From an uncultured Candidatus Saccharibacteria bacterium (GTDB lineage: Bacteria > Patescibacteriota > CAZHWT01): 64,000 nt of DNA. Of the stretch, positions 10,380 to 19,552 are shown one piece after another; the stretch's first letter is position 1; every line of letters starts with the position of its first letter. A program made the translations under genes and the position numbers. Below the pieces are notes generated by a model. The model had not been told where the DNA came from, made no database searches, and was given only the letters and a program-made list of their open reading frames with translations. The stretch covers positions 113,889 through 177,888 of the forward strand of contig CAZKPX010000002.1 in assembly GCA_964554805.1 (NCBI GenBank), read 5' to 3'.

Positions 10380-11106
10380 TTAGTCTACCTCTCTCGCCTC
10401 CTGAATGTGATCATCCCCTACACTGGCTGCTGCATCAAGGACCGCATTAATTTCTCTCGGTTCAAATACCTCCAAGTGGTTGACAGAATTTGCCCAAACA
10501 CCTGCCAAGCAGTCGGCCTGTAGTTCAAGTTCGATTGATTGCTGGTTCGTAGCCGAGCTCATAGCAAGTTCGAGTTGATGCTGTATGTGGTGCCCAACTT
10601 CATGGGCAATAACATAGACTTCAGCAACATCCCCTCCGCTAGCCCCATACTGCTGTTGCAGAACATCAAAGAAGGTTTTATCGATATATATTGTTTGATC
10701 AGCCGGGCAATAGTGCGGGCCGGTACTGGACGTAGCGCTGCCGCATGCAGAGGAGGTAGTTTGTCGAAATAGAACTGGTTTCGGCTCAACATAGGGCCGG
10801 TTATTGGCCTGAAAGGTTTTTTGCCAAAGATCGTTGTTGGATCCTAAGCCGGTTGAGGTAAAGATCTTGTAATTGTCCGCTCCAGCAAGGGCTTCAGGCT
10901 GAAGATTTGACTGATAGGTGGGGTTGATTTGGAGTTGGCTTCAGGCATCATTTATAATCGCCGGATTGCCGCCCATCAAGCTGATAGCAATATAGGCAAT
11001 CAAGCCAATAATGCCTAGACCTCCGGCACCACCGATCATAGGCGCCATGCCACGCCTATCTTCAACATTGCCTCGTGATACTATTTTCCCAATCCGCCAT
11101 ACCGCC
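10380..11106 (-). pseudogene. YpfJ-family neutral zinc metallopeptidase gene, disrupted
   Basis: A single minus frame reads RGNVEDRRG...GGAGGLGIIGLIAYIA...*...PKPVLFRQTTSSACGSATSSTGPHYCPADQTIYIDKTFF...AEVYVIAHEVGHHIQHQLELA...ELQADCLAGVWANS...GDDHIQ; there is an in-frame TGA (plus 10941-10943) and no ATG at the N-terminus (a 1-nt lesion at atggcgg). Confidence 0.55.
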
Positions 11107-11265
11107 TCCGCAATAAAAGTACTAGCTGGTTTGATTAGTTTTAGATAAAGTCAAGCAGCTTGTTGAAAGACTTGTGCTAGCTTGGCGATGTCAAATTACT
11201 TCATTTGTAGAAAATCCTTAGTGACAGCTTTGATTTGTTGGGGGTTGCCTTGTTACAGCATTTGA

Positions 11266-11670
11266 TCAAGGCGCACTGGACTGAATTTGCCAACTAACAC
11301 CGAACTTATCACTGAGCCAGCCATAGCGGGGTGCAAAATCGTATGGGCCTACATCCATCAGCGATTTACCATCTTCAATTAACTTATTCCATAATTGATC
11401 GACCTGATCTGGGGTGTCGCAGAAGACGCTGAATGAGACGGATTCATTGGGTTTAAAGTGTTGACCGCCATTTAGAGCGATAAACCGAAAACCATCTATT
11501 GAGAATTCAATGGTTAGAACATCTCCTGCTTGATGACCATGAATTTCTTGTCCTGCATCAGGGTAATAATCGGTACGAATAATAGTGAAATTGTTAAAGA
11601 CTGTCTTATAAAAATCGGTAAGTTGTTCAGTGGTATCATTGAGCCAAATGTTTGGAATGATATGCTGCAT
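11266..11670 (-). CDS. VOC-superfamily protein (PhnB-like / 3-demethylubiquinone-9 3-methyltransferase-domain)
   Basis: MQHIIPNIWLNDTTEQLTDFYKTVF...GWLSDKFGVSWQI pattern; start moved to the Met with an upstream gagga RBS. Confidence 0.55.
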   Translation of the reverse strand: MQHIIPNIWLNDTTEQLTDFYKTVFNNFTIIRTDYYPDAGQEIHGHQAGDVLTIEFSIDGFRFIALNGGQHFKPNESVSFSVFCDTPDQVDQLWNKLIEDGKSLMDVGPYDFAPRYGWLSDKFGVSWQIQSSAP

Positions 11671-11767
11671 AGGTGATCCTCTCGTAGCTGTATTCTTATT
11701 AAATATGATAGTCACATTATAACCTTTAGTGCATTATATCAATATAATATTATAAAGCGGAGGTGAT

Positions 11768-12096
11768 ATGAAGAAACTTTGGCAGAATTATAATCTTAGT
11801 ATTGTGCTGGCAAGTCTTTTCTTATTGAGTTGGGTAGGTCAGGCAGTATTTTAGTGGCAGGAGTTTGCTTCTAATCAAGCGATGCATCAGCAAGCGGCAC
11901 AGATAACTGATTTTATTCCTGAATTTTCAGTGCCACATTTGAGAATTGGCAATCAGAATTTTTGCAATTGTTAACTATGGTTGTGCTGACTTCATTTTTG
12001 ATTCACAAAGGCAGTCCTGAATCTCGCGATGAGGATGACGAGATGAAGGCTACCTTGGCTAGAATTGAATCGAAATTGGATAAAATATACTACTAG
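11768..12096 (+). pseudogene. DUF6766-like small membrane protein gene broken by stops and a frameshift
   Basis: MKKLWQNYNLSIVLASLFLLSWVGQAVF*WQEFASNQAMHQQAAQITDF...; the C-terminal part ...LIHKGSPESRDEDDEMKATLARIESKLDKIYY is in another frame. Confidence 0.4.
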
Positions 12097-12893
12097 TGGC
12101 GGTTGTCTTTGGCTTGACTGGCTAACCAATAGCCAAAGTCATTCAGGTGTAAGCGAAGCGCTTGCTTATCAGTTATGGGATTGATTGCTAGGTTAAGTGT
12201 TGCCCACATAGTTGATTGCTTGCCAGGGTAGTATTTGCTAAAACCTGCATAACATGGATACAGATCTCTGGTGTAGGCCTGTTCCCTTTCCATAACAATT
12301 TCATAACCAGAACGCAGGATGCGTTTCATAATCCAGGTGCAGCGGGCAGCAATAGTTTTGTTCGGCCAAGTATCTAGATTATTTAGGAATGTTGCAATGT
12401 CTTTGTCTAAGTTGAATATATGTCCAAAGATTATTGGCCCTGGTTTGACTGGAGGAAGTTGATCGGTACTATCGCGACCGTAAACATGAGCGGTTTGGGT
12501 CTTTATTATGCTGCGGCGCCAGTTTAGCTTTGGGTCTGCACCAAGGATGCCTTTTAGACCGCTAAAAGAGAATTCCACGCCTTGAATGAACTTAAATTTG
12601 TCTATAACCTCCTTCTCCATTTTATTTAAATCATCGGGACTTATATTGTGTCTACTGTCAGTTACTATTAGTAGATCTATATCAGAAATCTGGTCAATTG
12701 CTTGCCCTCTCGCAACCGAGCCTCGAACATATACAGAAACTATATTTTCACCCTCTAGAGTAACAAGTTTGCTAATTGCCTCATCGACCGGTTTGCGCCA
12801 TTTTGGTTGTATCTTATCTGATGATGACTGGCTGACGATGTAGCCCTGATTGTCAGTTTGTAATATTGAGCCGAGGTTTTGAATAGACGACAT
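12093..12893 (-). CDS. Nucleotidyltransferase-domain protein (Pol-beta-like; ANT/AadA-like architecture)
   Basis: VSVYVRGSVARGQAIDQISDIDLLIVTD is the GS-x(n)-DxD NTase motif; 266-aa size is similar to aminoglycoside adenylyltransferases; substrate unknown. Confidence 0.55.
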   Translation of the reverse strand: MSSIQNLGSILQTDNQGYIVSQSSSDKIQPKWRKPVDEAISKLVTLEGENIVSVYVRGSVARGQAIDQISDIDLLIVTDSRHNISPDDLNKMEKEVIDKFKFIQGVEFSFSGLKGILGADPKLNWRRSIIKTQTAHVYGRDSTDQLPPVKPGPIIFGHIFNLDKDIATFLNNLDTWPNKTIAARCTWIMKRILRSGYEIVMEREQAYTRDLYPCYAGFSKYYPGKQSTMWATLNLAINPITDKQALRLHLNDFGYWLASQAKDNRH

Positions 12894-13154
12894 GGCAGCA
12901 TTATATCACTGAGCAATATATCCTATAATATTTACTTTTTATGATTATCTGCTCTAATTATAAGTGATCGAGAATTGGTCTCGATTGTATCATTGGAGTT
13001 GTCTTATGGCTTCATCTGACGGTATCGACATACCCGCCCAGTTTATGGAACGAGGAGTACCTTCGGTATTGAACGGGGGACTTGGCTTCGGGGAGGGTCA
13101 GTTTGAGGATTGGGGCAATCTGTCTGATATGCCCCCGATGATCCGCTGTGTGAC

Positions 13155-13478
13155 GTGGATCTAGTTTTGGAATTCGTGAATGAGCCAACCGAGGGAATAC
13201 ACGATGCTGTATGGGATCTAGCCTACAACTCGCTCGACGTTCCGAATGCCGGAGACGATGATGGGGATATGCTGGAGCTGTACAATGCGCCAGACGATGA
13301 CCCTCGCGAAACCGCAGCTCACATCTATGACATGGGCGTCGACGTCAACGATAGGCAACTATTGCTCTCAATCGACGGCCAAAACTTGTCCCGGCAGGAG
13401 CTGGCAGATCGCCTCAAACCCTTAGTCTTAGCTTGCCACGAACTGTGGCCGCTGCTAAGGGTCTACAGTGTGATGTAG
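13155..13478 (+). CDS. Hypothetical acidic protein in a G+C-rich insert (possibly one gene with 12964..13164, frameshifted)
   Basis: ORFs with markedly G/C-rich codons compared with neighbours; no recognisable motif. Confidence 0.3.
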   Translation: MDLVLEFVNEPTEGIHDAVWDLAYNSLDVPNAGDDDGDMLELYNAPDDDPRETAAHIYDMGVDVNDRQLLLSIDGQNLSRQELADRLKPLVLACHELWPLLRVYSVM

Positions 13479-13575
13479 CGGGAGTGGGACGGAATGACTT
13501 TTGTAGGGGTGCTGGTAATTTACCGGCACCCTCCGTTTTATTTATAGGATAAGAATATATGAGAATACCACAACT

Positions 13576-13601
13576 ACCTCAAGACGAATCTTGAGGTAGT
13601 T
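13576..13601. terminator. Perfect 11-bp-stem hairpin ctacctcaaga-cgaa-tcttgaggtag; bidirectional terminator
   Basis: Read directly; lies immediately downstream of the nrdA stop (minus) and of the plus-strand ORFs. Confidence 0.55.
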
Positions 13602-13631
13602 TGTTGATGCGTTTGGTGAGCAATTTACCAA

Positions 13632-15329
13632 CTAGGCTTCGCAAGCGCCGATGCACATTTTGGAGCGGTTGAAGTCTTGGGCAGCACTGGTGCTGTGTTG
13701 GTAGTAGAGAGACTTGACGCCGGATTCCCAGGCAAAGATCAGGAAGGCATTGACATCTTTGGCGGGAGTCTTGGGGTTGATCATTAAGTTTAATGACTGG
13801 GCCTGGTCAATGTAATTTTGACGCATTCCAGCCTGATCAATGATAGCAATCTGGTCTATTTCGCTAAAGGTCTTAAAGACTTCCTTCTCGTGGTCGGATA
13901 AGAAGTCGAGGTGTTGAACGCTACCATCTCGATCTCGGATAGAGTTCCATGTTTCTCGATCATTCTTGCCTTTTTCTTCAAGCAGCTTCTCAAGGTTTGG
14001 ATTCTTGATTGTCACTTTTACCTTGGCTAAATCTTTAACATAGCAGTTAGACCAAATAGGCTCAATGCTTTGAGATGTCTGGCCGATAATGAAGGCTGAT
14101 GAAGTGGTTGGTGCAACTGCTGTCAGTGTAGTATTGCGACGACCATAGCCTTTCAGCAAGCTTGGCTCACCGAATAGTTTGGCCAATTCTTTGGAAGCAT
14201 TCCAGGCGCGCTCGTTAATGGTCTTGAAGATTTTGCCGTTGAGGCTCTTGGCTTCTTTGCTATCAAAGGGCAGCATTTTTGACTGCAGATAAGAGTGCCA
14301 GCCAAGAACACCTAACCCTAAAGCTCGGTTTGAGACTGCAAAGTCATAGGCTCGCTTCATAAAGTAAAAGGCCCGAGTATATTCTGAGCTTTCACCGTCA
14401 CGCAGTTTTTCTAGCTTTTCGATGAAGTCAGTCATAACAGCATCTAGGAAATAAACCATGGTTTCAACGGCATCGGTATCTTTCCATTGGTCGAAATAAA
14501 GGACGTTCATTGAGGATAGATCGCAGACAAATGACCATTCGTCATTGGTTGGCAGCATGATCTCTGAGCAGAGATTGCTATGGCGGATTGTTAGATTATT
14601 ATCCTTATAGACATCAACCGTATTAGTGTTGACCGTGTCGGTAAACATAATGTACGGATAACCCATTTCTCCGCGACGCTGGATAACCTTGGCCCACGTA
14701 GCGCGCTTATCTTTGTCGCCTGCTACCATGGCTTTCATAAATTCGTCGGAAACGGTCACAGCGGTGGTCATGATTTGAATCTCATTACCTTCCGTGCCGA
14801 TTTCGAGGAATTCATGAATATCCGGATGATCAATTGGCAAGTAGGAAGCAAATGATCCTCGTCGGGTGGAGCCTTGACTGACTACGTTCAAGAGTGATTC
14901 AAACAATTGCATAAAATGAACTGAGCCAGAGGAAGTGCCATTGTCAGTAATTGGCGTACCACGACCACGAAGGTGGCCGAAGAACGCTCCGGTGCCGCCA
15001 CCATACTTACTCATCATGCCGACTTCTGATTGTGCATAAAGGATCTGAGCCATGCTATCGCCGATGTCGACAGAGAAGCAGCTGATTGGTAGCCCCCGAC
15101 CTAGGCCGTAGTTGGTCCAAATTGGAGTTGATAGCGAGTAAAAGCCTTTGGAGAGATAGGTGTAGAATTTTTCAGCAAAGCCTTCCATCTTCAATTTCTT
15201 TTCTGCTTCAACTGCAATCTCCCACATGCGTTCTTCAGGCGTGGTGTCGCCAACTAAGTAGCCGCGATTGAGAAATTTGCGACTATTGTCATTGAGCCAA
15301 TTAAAAGTAAGTTCGGGGCGGTCGTTCAT
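13632..15329 (-). CDS. nrdA: Ribonucleoside-diphosphate reductase alpha subunit (class I), short form without ATP-cone
   Basis: 565 aa; NLCSEI active-site motif, C-terminal ...CIGACEA redox tail; aaggag RBS; immediately downstream of nrdB. Confidence 0.85.
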   Translation of the reverse strand: MNDRPELTFNWLNDNSRKFLNRGYLVGDTTPEERMWEIAVEAEKKLKMEGFAEKFYTYLSKGFYSLSTPIWTNYGLGRGLPISCFSVDIGDSMAQILYAQSEVGMMSKYGGGTGAFFGHLRGRGTPITDNGTSSGSVHFMQLFESLLNVVSQGSTRRGSFASYLPIDHPDIHEFLEIGTEGNEIQIMTTAVTVSDEFMKAMVAGDKDKRATWAKVIQRRGEMGYPYIMFTDTVNTNTVDVYKDNNLTIRHSNLCSEIMLPTNDEWSFVCDLSSMNVLYFDQWKDTDAVETMVYFLDAVMTDFIEKLEKLRDGESSEYTRAFYFMKRAYDFAVSNRALGLGVLGWHSYLQSKMLPFDSKEAKSLNGKIFKTINERAWNASKELAKLFGEPSLLKGYGRRNTTLTAVAPTTSSAFIIGQTSQSIEPIWSNCYVKDLAKVKVTIKNPNLEKLLEEKGKNDRETWNSIRDRDGSVQHLDFLSDHEKEVFKTFSEIDQIAIIDQAGMRQNYIDQAQSLNLMINPKTPAKDVNAFLIFAWESGVKSLYYQHSTSAAQDFNRSKMCIGACEA

Positions 15330-15362
15330 GATACTCCTTGTAGTAGATTAATTAGGTGTCTC

Positions 15363-16654
15363 TTAGAAGAGATCTTCTTCGGTAATGCTTTTGCTGCGTT
15401 TGTTGTAATTGGTTGATCGTTTGACAAAGAAGTCGCCGTGTTTGGTGGTGATAACTTCGTCGTCGAACCAGTCGGTTTGAGCCAGTAGCTTTTGGTCAAC
15501 TGGCATGATGCGTTTGTAACCAATGCTATGCAAGGAATTGTTAAGGCGATTTTTAACGAATTCTTTCACTACAGCTTTGGGCATAAAGTCCAAGTCGCCT
15601 TTTTCGTAGATCCAATCGATGACCTGCTCCTCACCTTCATAGGCTAGCCTGCATGCGTCGTAGATCTCATCAGCCAGCTCATTATCAAACCAGTCTGGCT
15701 CTTCTTGGCGCAAGATGTTTACCAAATCGATGCCGAATAAGCCATGGATTTGCTCTTCTTTGGAGGTTGCTTCAATGGCATTGGAAATACCTTTAAATAT
15801 ATTTCTATGCTTATTAAAGGACATAATGATCAAAAACTGAGAGAAAAGTGATACGTGCTCAATAAATAGAGAGAATAAAATAATAGCTTTGGTGTAATCT
15901 CTATTTTCGCCAGAAGCAATCAGCTCAGTATGCATGGTTAAATAACGGATGCGATCTTTAATAACTGGCACTTCGACAACTTTTTCGAAGCCTTTGTTGA
16001 GGCCTAGAATCTCAATAAGATGTGAATAGGCATCGTGATGGCGAACTTCGCTTTCAGCAAAGGTATAACCAACTGCTCCGACCTCTGGCTTGGGCATTCT
16101 CTTAAAAATTTCACCCCAAAAGGTTTTAACGGCAACTTCTACCTGAGCGATGGCCAGCATGGCATTTTCAATAACTTGACGCTCAGCCTCATTGACATTA
16201 ACCTTAAAATCTTGAACGTCACTGGCGTAGTTGAATTCGGTATGAACCCAATAGGAGTGTCTAATGGCATCGACGTAGTCATTTAATTCGGGATATTCGT
16301 GAGGTTTGAGGTTGATGCGTTTTTTGAACAGGCTTCGCCGTCGTTCTTGATTTTTGTGTTCGCGATAAAGAATGTAGGCCTTGGCAACGCTGGTGAAGTC
16401 GCTGGTCATTAACACTTCTTCAACTATATCCTGAATTTCTTCTACAGTTGGGGTGTAAATCTCGCCTTTTTTCTTGGCACTGAATTTGATTTGACGATTG
16501 TCTAAAATTCTTTCAACTTTTTCTGCTATTTTGTCTGCGTCTTCCCGCTGGCCATGCTTAGTAGCCTTCATGGATTTGTAGACAGCATTGGCGATCTTTT
16601 TCTGACTATACTTAACGGTGGTGCCGTCTCGCTTTATAATATGGGCAAGAGCCA
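15363..16654 (-). CDS. nrdB: Ribonucleotide reductase beta (radical-generating) subunit with N-terminal ATP-cone domain
   Basis: N-terminus MALAHIIKRDGTTVKYSQKKIANAVYKSM...VEEIQDIVEEVL...VAKAYILYREHKNQ is an ATP-cone; ferritin-like core with ExxH motifs; C-terminal ...EEDLF tail; aggagg RBS before the ATG at 16654 (track ORF starts further upstream). Confidence 0.85.
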
Positions 16655-16690
16655 TGATGGTAGAATATCCTCCTATATATATTGTGTTCG

Positions 16691-16741
16691 ATGTACTGCA
16701 CTGTGTATTGCCAAGTTGGCGCAACTGCCCCTGCAGTACAT
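16691..16741. promoter_or_regulatory. Inverted repeat atgtactgcaC...(29 bp)...Gtgcagtacat in the nrdBA leader; candidate operator
   Basis: 10/11-bp inverted-repeat arms read directly, 40-90 bp upstream of the nrdB start. Confidence 0.25.
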
Positions 16742-17304
16742 GATTTGTCGTATGGCACTGTGTTAACTAGTCGCAATTTTTGACTAGTGCGGTGTGAGGT
16801 TTTGCTGGTGATCTAAATTCGGATTATGAGTAGTAGATTTGGATGGTTTTTGTAGTTTTAGGTACGTTATGAAACTTGTTGCTAAGTGATACAAAAACAC
16901 TATATATGGTGTGTAATATCCATGGTAGACCCAATATGTAGATGTGTCAATGCTTGCTTTTTGTGCAAAACCTGGATCATTTTGTGTCATAAAGACTGCC
17001 AAAAATGTTTATTTTTATATAAGCAAAAATCAAGACTGTTGTCTAAAATCAACATCATCTAATGGTTAGTTTTTAACTATTTTTTGATAGTCATAGTGTT
17101 ATGCAATACAATATTATATTATTGAGATGGTGCTGCGGCATGGTTCACATTTGCGTAATGATTGTTGATCCTGTGTGGGTGTTTAACGGTCTCGCAGGAG
17201 TAGCTGCAGTCAAAAAAATACAAGGTTTTAATAGGCGGTGAGCTACATACCAGCACAATCACTTTTAGGTATATACTAGGTTTAGTAAGGAATTAAACTC
17301 AAAG

Positions 17305-17646
17305 TTGGTAGTTATGACTTATATGACTCAGAAAGAAGCCAAAACTTACTCGATACTGGCGTCCTTGGCCATAGGGCTTTTGGTTTTGGGAACAATTTTC
17401 TATCACCTTATTGAGGGCTTCTCATGGGTTGATGCCTTTTACTTTAGTGTCATAACACTGACAACGGTTGGCTATGGAGACTTGTCGCCTCATACGGATG
17501 CAGGTAAATTATTTACATCAGGCTATGTGTTGTTTGGTGTCGGCATTATAACGACTTTTATCTCGGTCTTTTTAAAAAAAGAACGGCACAAGTTCCATGA
17601 GCGACATCTGAAGAAGCAGCAAGAAGAACCTAAAAGTAAGCGTTAG
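17305..17646 (+). CDS. Minimal 2-TM potassium channel (KcsA-like pore protein)
   Basis: Selectivity filter TTVGYGD between two hydrophobic helices; 113 aa. Confidence 0.75.
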   Translation: MVVMTYMTQKEAKTYSILASLAIGLLVLGTIFYHLIEGFSWVDAFYFSVITLTTVGYGDLSPHTDAGKLFTSGYVLFGVGIITTFISVFLKKERHKFHERHLKKQQEEPKSKR

Positions 17647-18104
17647 CTAGAAGCTTTCGGTTGAACGGGTTGAGCCATCTTGGCATATGCTTTGCGTATA
17701 AGTAGGGCAATAAACGGTAGCGGGCAATAGATTAAGGCTAGGGCGATCATTGGGCCAAGAAGGTTATAGACAATGTGAGTATCTATCAGGTAGCTTACGG
17801 CGGTGGTGGAGGTTTGTGAATAAAGAAGTAGTATGACACGTTATAGATCAAGGGCACTGGAATAGGACAGATTGCTGGTGAAGTCTTTGACAGATGGAAG
17901 ATCTATTTTTATAAAAAAAGAAGGCAGTGGTTGTCTATCGTGCGTGACTGCATGATCATTCCTCATCTTGCAGGAATCAAGTAAATTATCATAGAAATAG
18001 CAGGGCATAAATAATTGACTATTGATTTTGACAAAAAGCGGATATAGTATTGCTTTATAAACAAACTAACAAGCCTTGAAATAATTATTTATTACCTATA
18101 AGGA

Positions 18105-18845
18105 GTGTCCTGTATGTCTAAGCTAGATTCAGTAACCGCTAGTTCTGTGCCGGCAGATAATTATGTGACTCCATCACCGTTAACTCAGAAGATCGCCTGG
18201 GTATTGCGGACATTAATATTGGCTTCTGGTATTTATCAAATGTTTTGGGGTGAGCCCGTGGCTAGTGTCTTGATTTTGGCCTGTCTGGCCGGTATTTTAG
18301 TTCCGCAGATTGTATCTTTTGGCAAGGTCAAGTCTTTGCCGATTGAATTTGAAATAGTGTTGTTTATTATGGTGCTGCTGCAGTTTGTGATTGGCGAAGC
18401 GCGAGATTTTTATACTGAAGTCCCGTATTTTGATAAGCTGGTTCATTTTATCTTGCCGATGTTAACAGCTTTTATCGGATTTTTGATTGTCTATTCGATG
18501 TACTATCACGGGAAATTGAAAGCATCGCTGAGCGTCATGTTTTGGCTGATTGTATTTGTAGCATTGGGTGTAGGTGCGCTATGGGAGATTGGCGAATATC
18601 TATCTGATGAGATTCTGCTAGCCAGAGACCCTAATTTTCATCAGTTTCAAGGCTCTATGATGGAAGATCCCCTTCATGACACTATGAACGATTTGATTTT
18701 TGATATGGTTGGAGGGATTGCTGGAGCAGCACTCGGCGTTTGGTATATTCGTCGAGGGCAGAAGCAACTGGCCGAAACGGGTCGTTTGCACAGTTTTATG
18801 GATGATATTGAAACAATGTGGGCAGGCAAGGCTATTCAGAAGTAG
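18105..18845 (+). CDS. Polytopic membrane protein (hypothetical)
   Basis: 246 aa, about 6 TM helices; no catalytic motif recognised. Confidence 0.4.
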   Translation: MSCMSKLDSVTASSVPADNYVTPSPLTQKIAWVLRTLILASGIYQMFWGEPVASVLILACLAGILVPQIVSFGKVKSLPIEFEIVLFIMVLLQFVIGEARDFYTEVPYFDKLVHFILPMLTAFIGFLIVYSMYYHGKLKASLSVMFWLIVFVALGVGALWEIGEYLSDEILLARDPNFHQFQGSMMEDPLHDTMNDLIFDMVGGIAGAALGVWYIRRGQKQLAETGRLHSFMDDIETMWAGKAIQK

Positions 18846-19449
18846 CTTGTGGCCGTTGTTGATAGGCAACGGTGGTATGCTTGCCAAATAACAAAAGGTC
18901 CATATCTTTCTTAAAACCCTGGCCAAGTAGAAAGCGCAAGATGCCAGCACATAAACTGTATATACCAAATACTCTGCCTACATTGCTAAAGGTTGGATCA
19001 GATATGCCAAGCATCAAGATGCCAAAGACTAGACTGAGGAGAGCAATACCGAATAGCAAGATTCTTTCTCGGGAACGAATTAGCTTGTCGGTCATTAAGA
19101 ATAGGCTGGTGAGTCCACGCAAGGCTATTATAATAATTAAGATTGACACCATGCTCGCATCGGCTCGCTCAAGGTTCATGAGGAAAAAGATACCGCTACT
19201 TATTTCGATAAGACCGCTAAAAACAAGAACTGGCCAACTGCTTGCCTGATTGCGCCAGAGTCTGATAGCTGCAATAATTTGGATGAGTCCATCGGCGAAC
19301 AGAAACAACCAGAAGATCATTAGCAACAGGCCTAGACTTATTTTAGGCCAGATTAATAAAACTATGCCTAGGAAAACTTGGCTAAGTCCTCTGATAGTAT
19401 AAGCCATTCTTAGGAGTTTATATGCGTTAATATCTGAAGTAGGTGCCAT
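18832..19449 (-). CDS. HdeD/DUF308-like membrane protein
   Basis: 205 aa; repeated short TM pairs typical of DUF308. Confidence 0.45.
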   Translation of the reverse strand: MAPTSDINAYKLLRMAYTIRGLSQVFLGIVLLIWPKISLGLLLMIFWLFLFADGLIQIIAAIRLWRNQASSWPVLVFSGLIEISSGIFFLMNLERADASMVSILIIIIALRGLTSLFLMTDKLIRSRERILLFGIALLSLVFGILMLGISDPTFSNVGRVFGIYSLCAGILRFLLGQGFKKDMDLLLFGKHTTVAYQQRPQATSE

Positions 19450-19552
19450 AGGTGCGAAGAGTTATTTGCCAATACAGACTAGAAGTAGTAGCATCATATT
19501 GGACATTATATGTTATATAAGCAAATTAATCTGCCTTTAGATTGAAGCGTGT

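Noticed and set aside
10941-10943. In-frame TGA in the YpfJ-like gene as evidence of an alternative genetic code (UGA = Gly or Trp)
   Set aside because: Many long ORFs (uvrA 983 aa, the 1316-aa protein, HK 763 aa) are uninterrupted under the standard code, and TGA is used as a terminator with translational coupling (ATGA overlaps). A nonsense mutation in a decaying gene is the simpler explanation.
16784-17002. 72-aa minus ORF in the nrdB upstream AT-rich region
   Set aside because: It sits in a long AT-rich intergenic/promoter region with no RBS and low-complexity composition. Likely non-coding.
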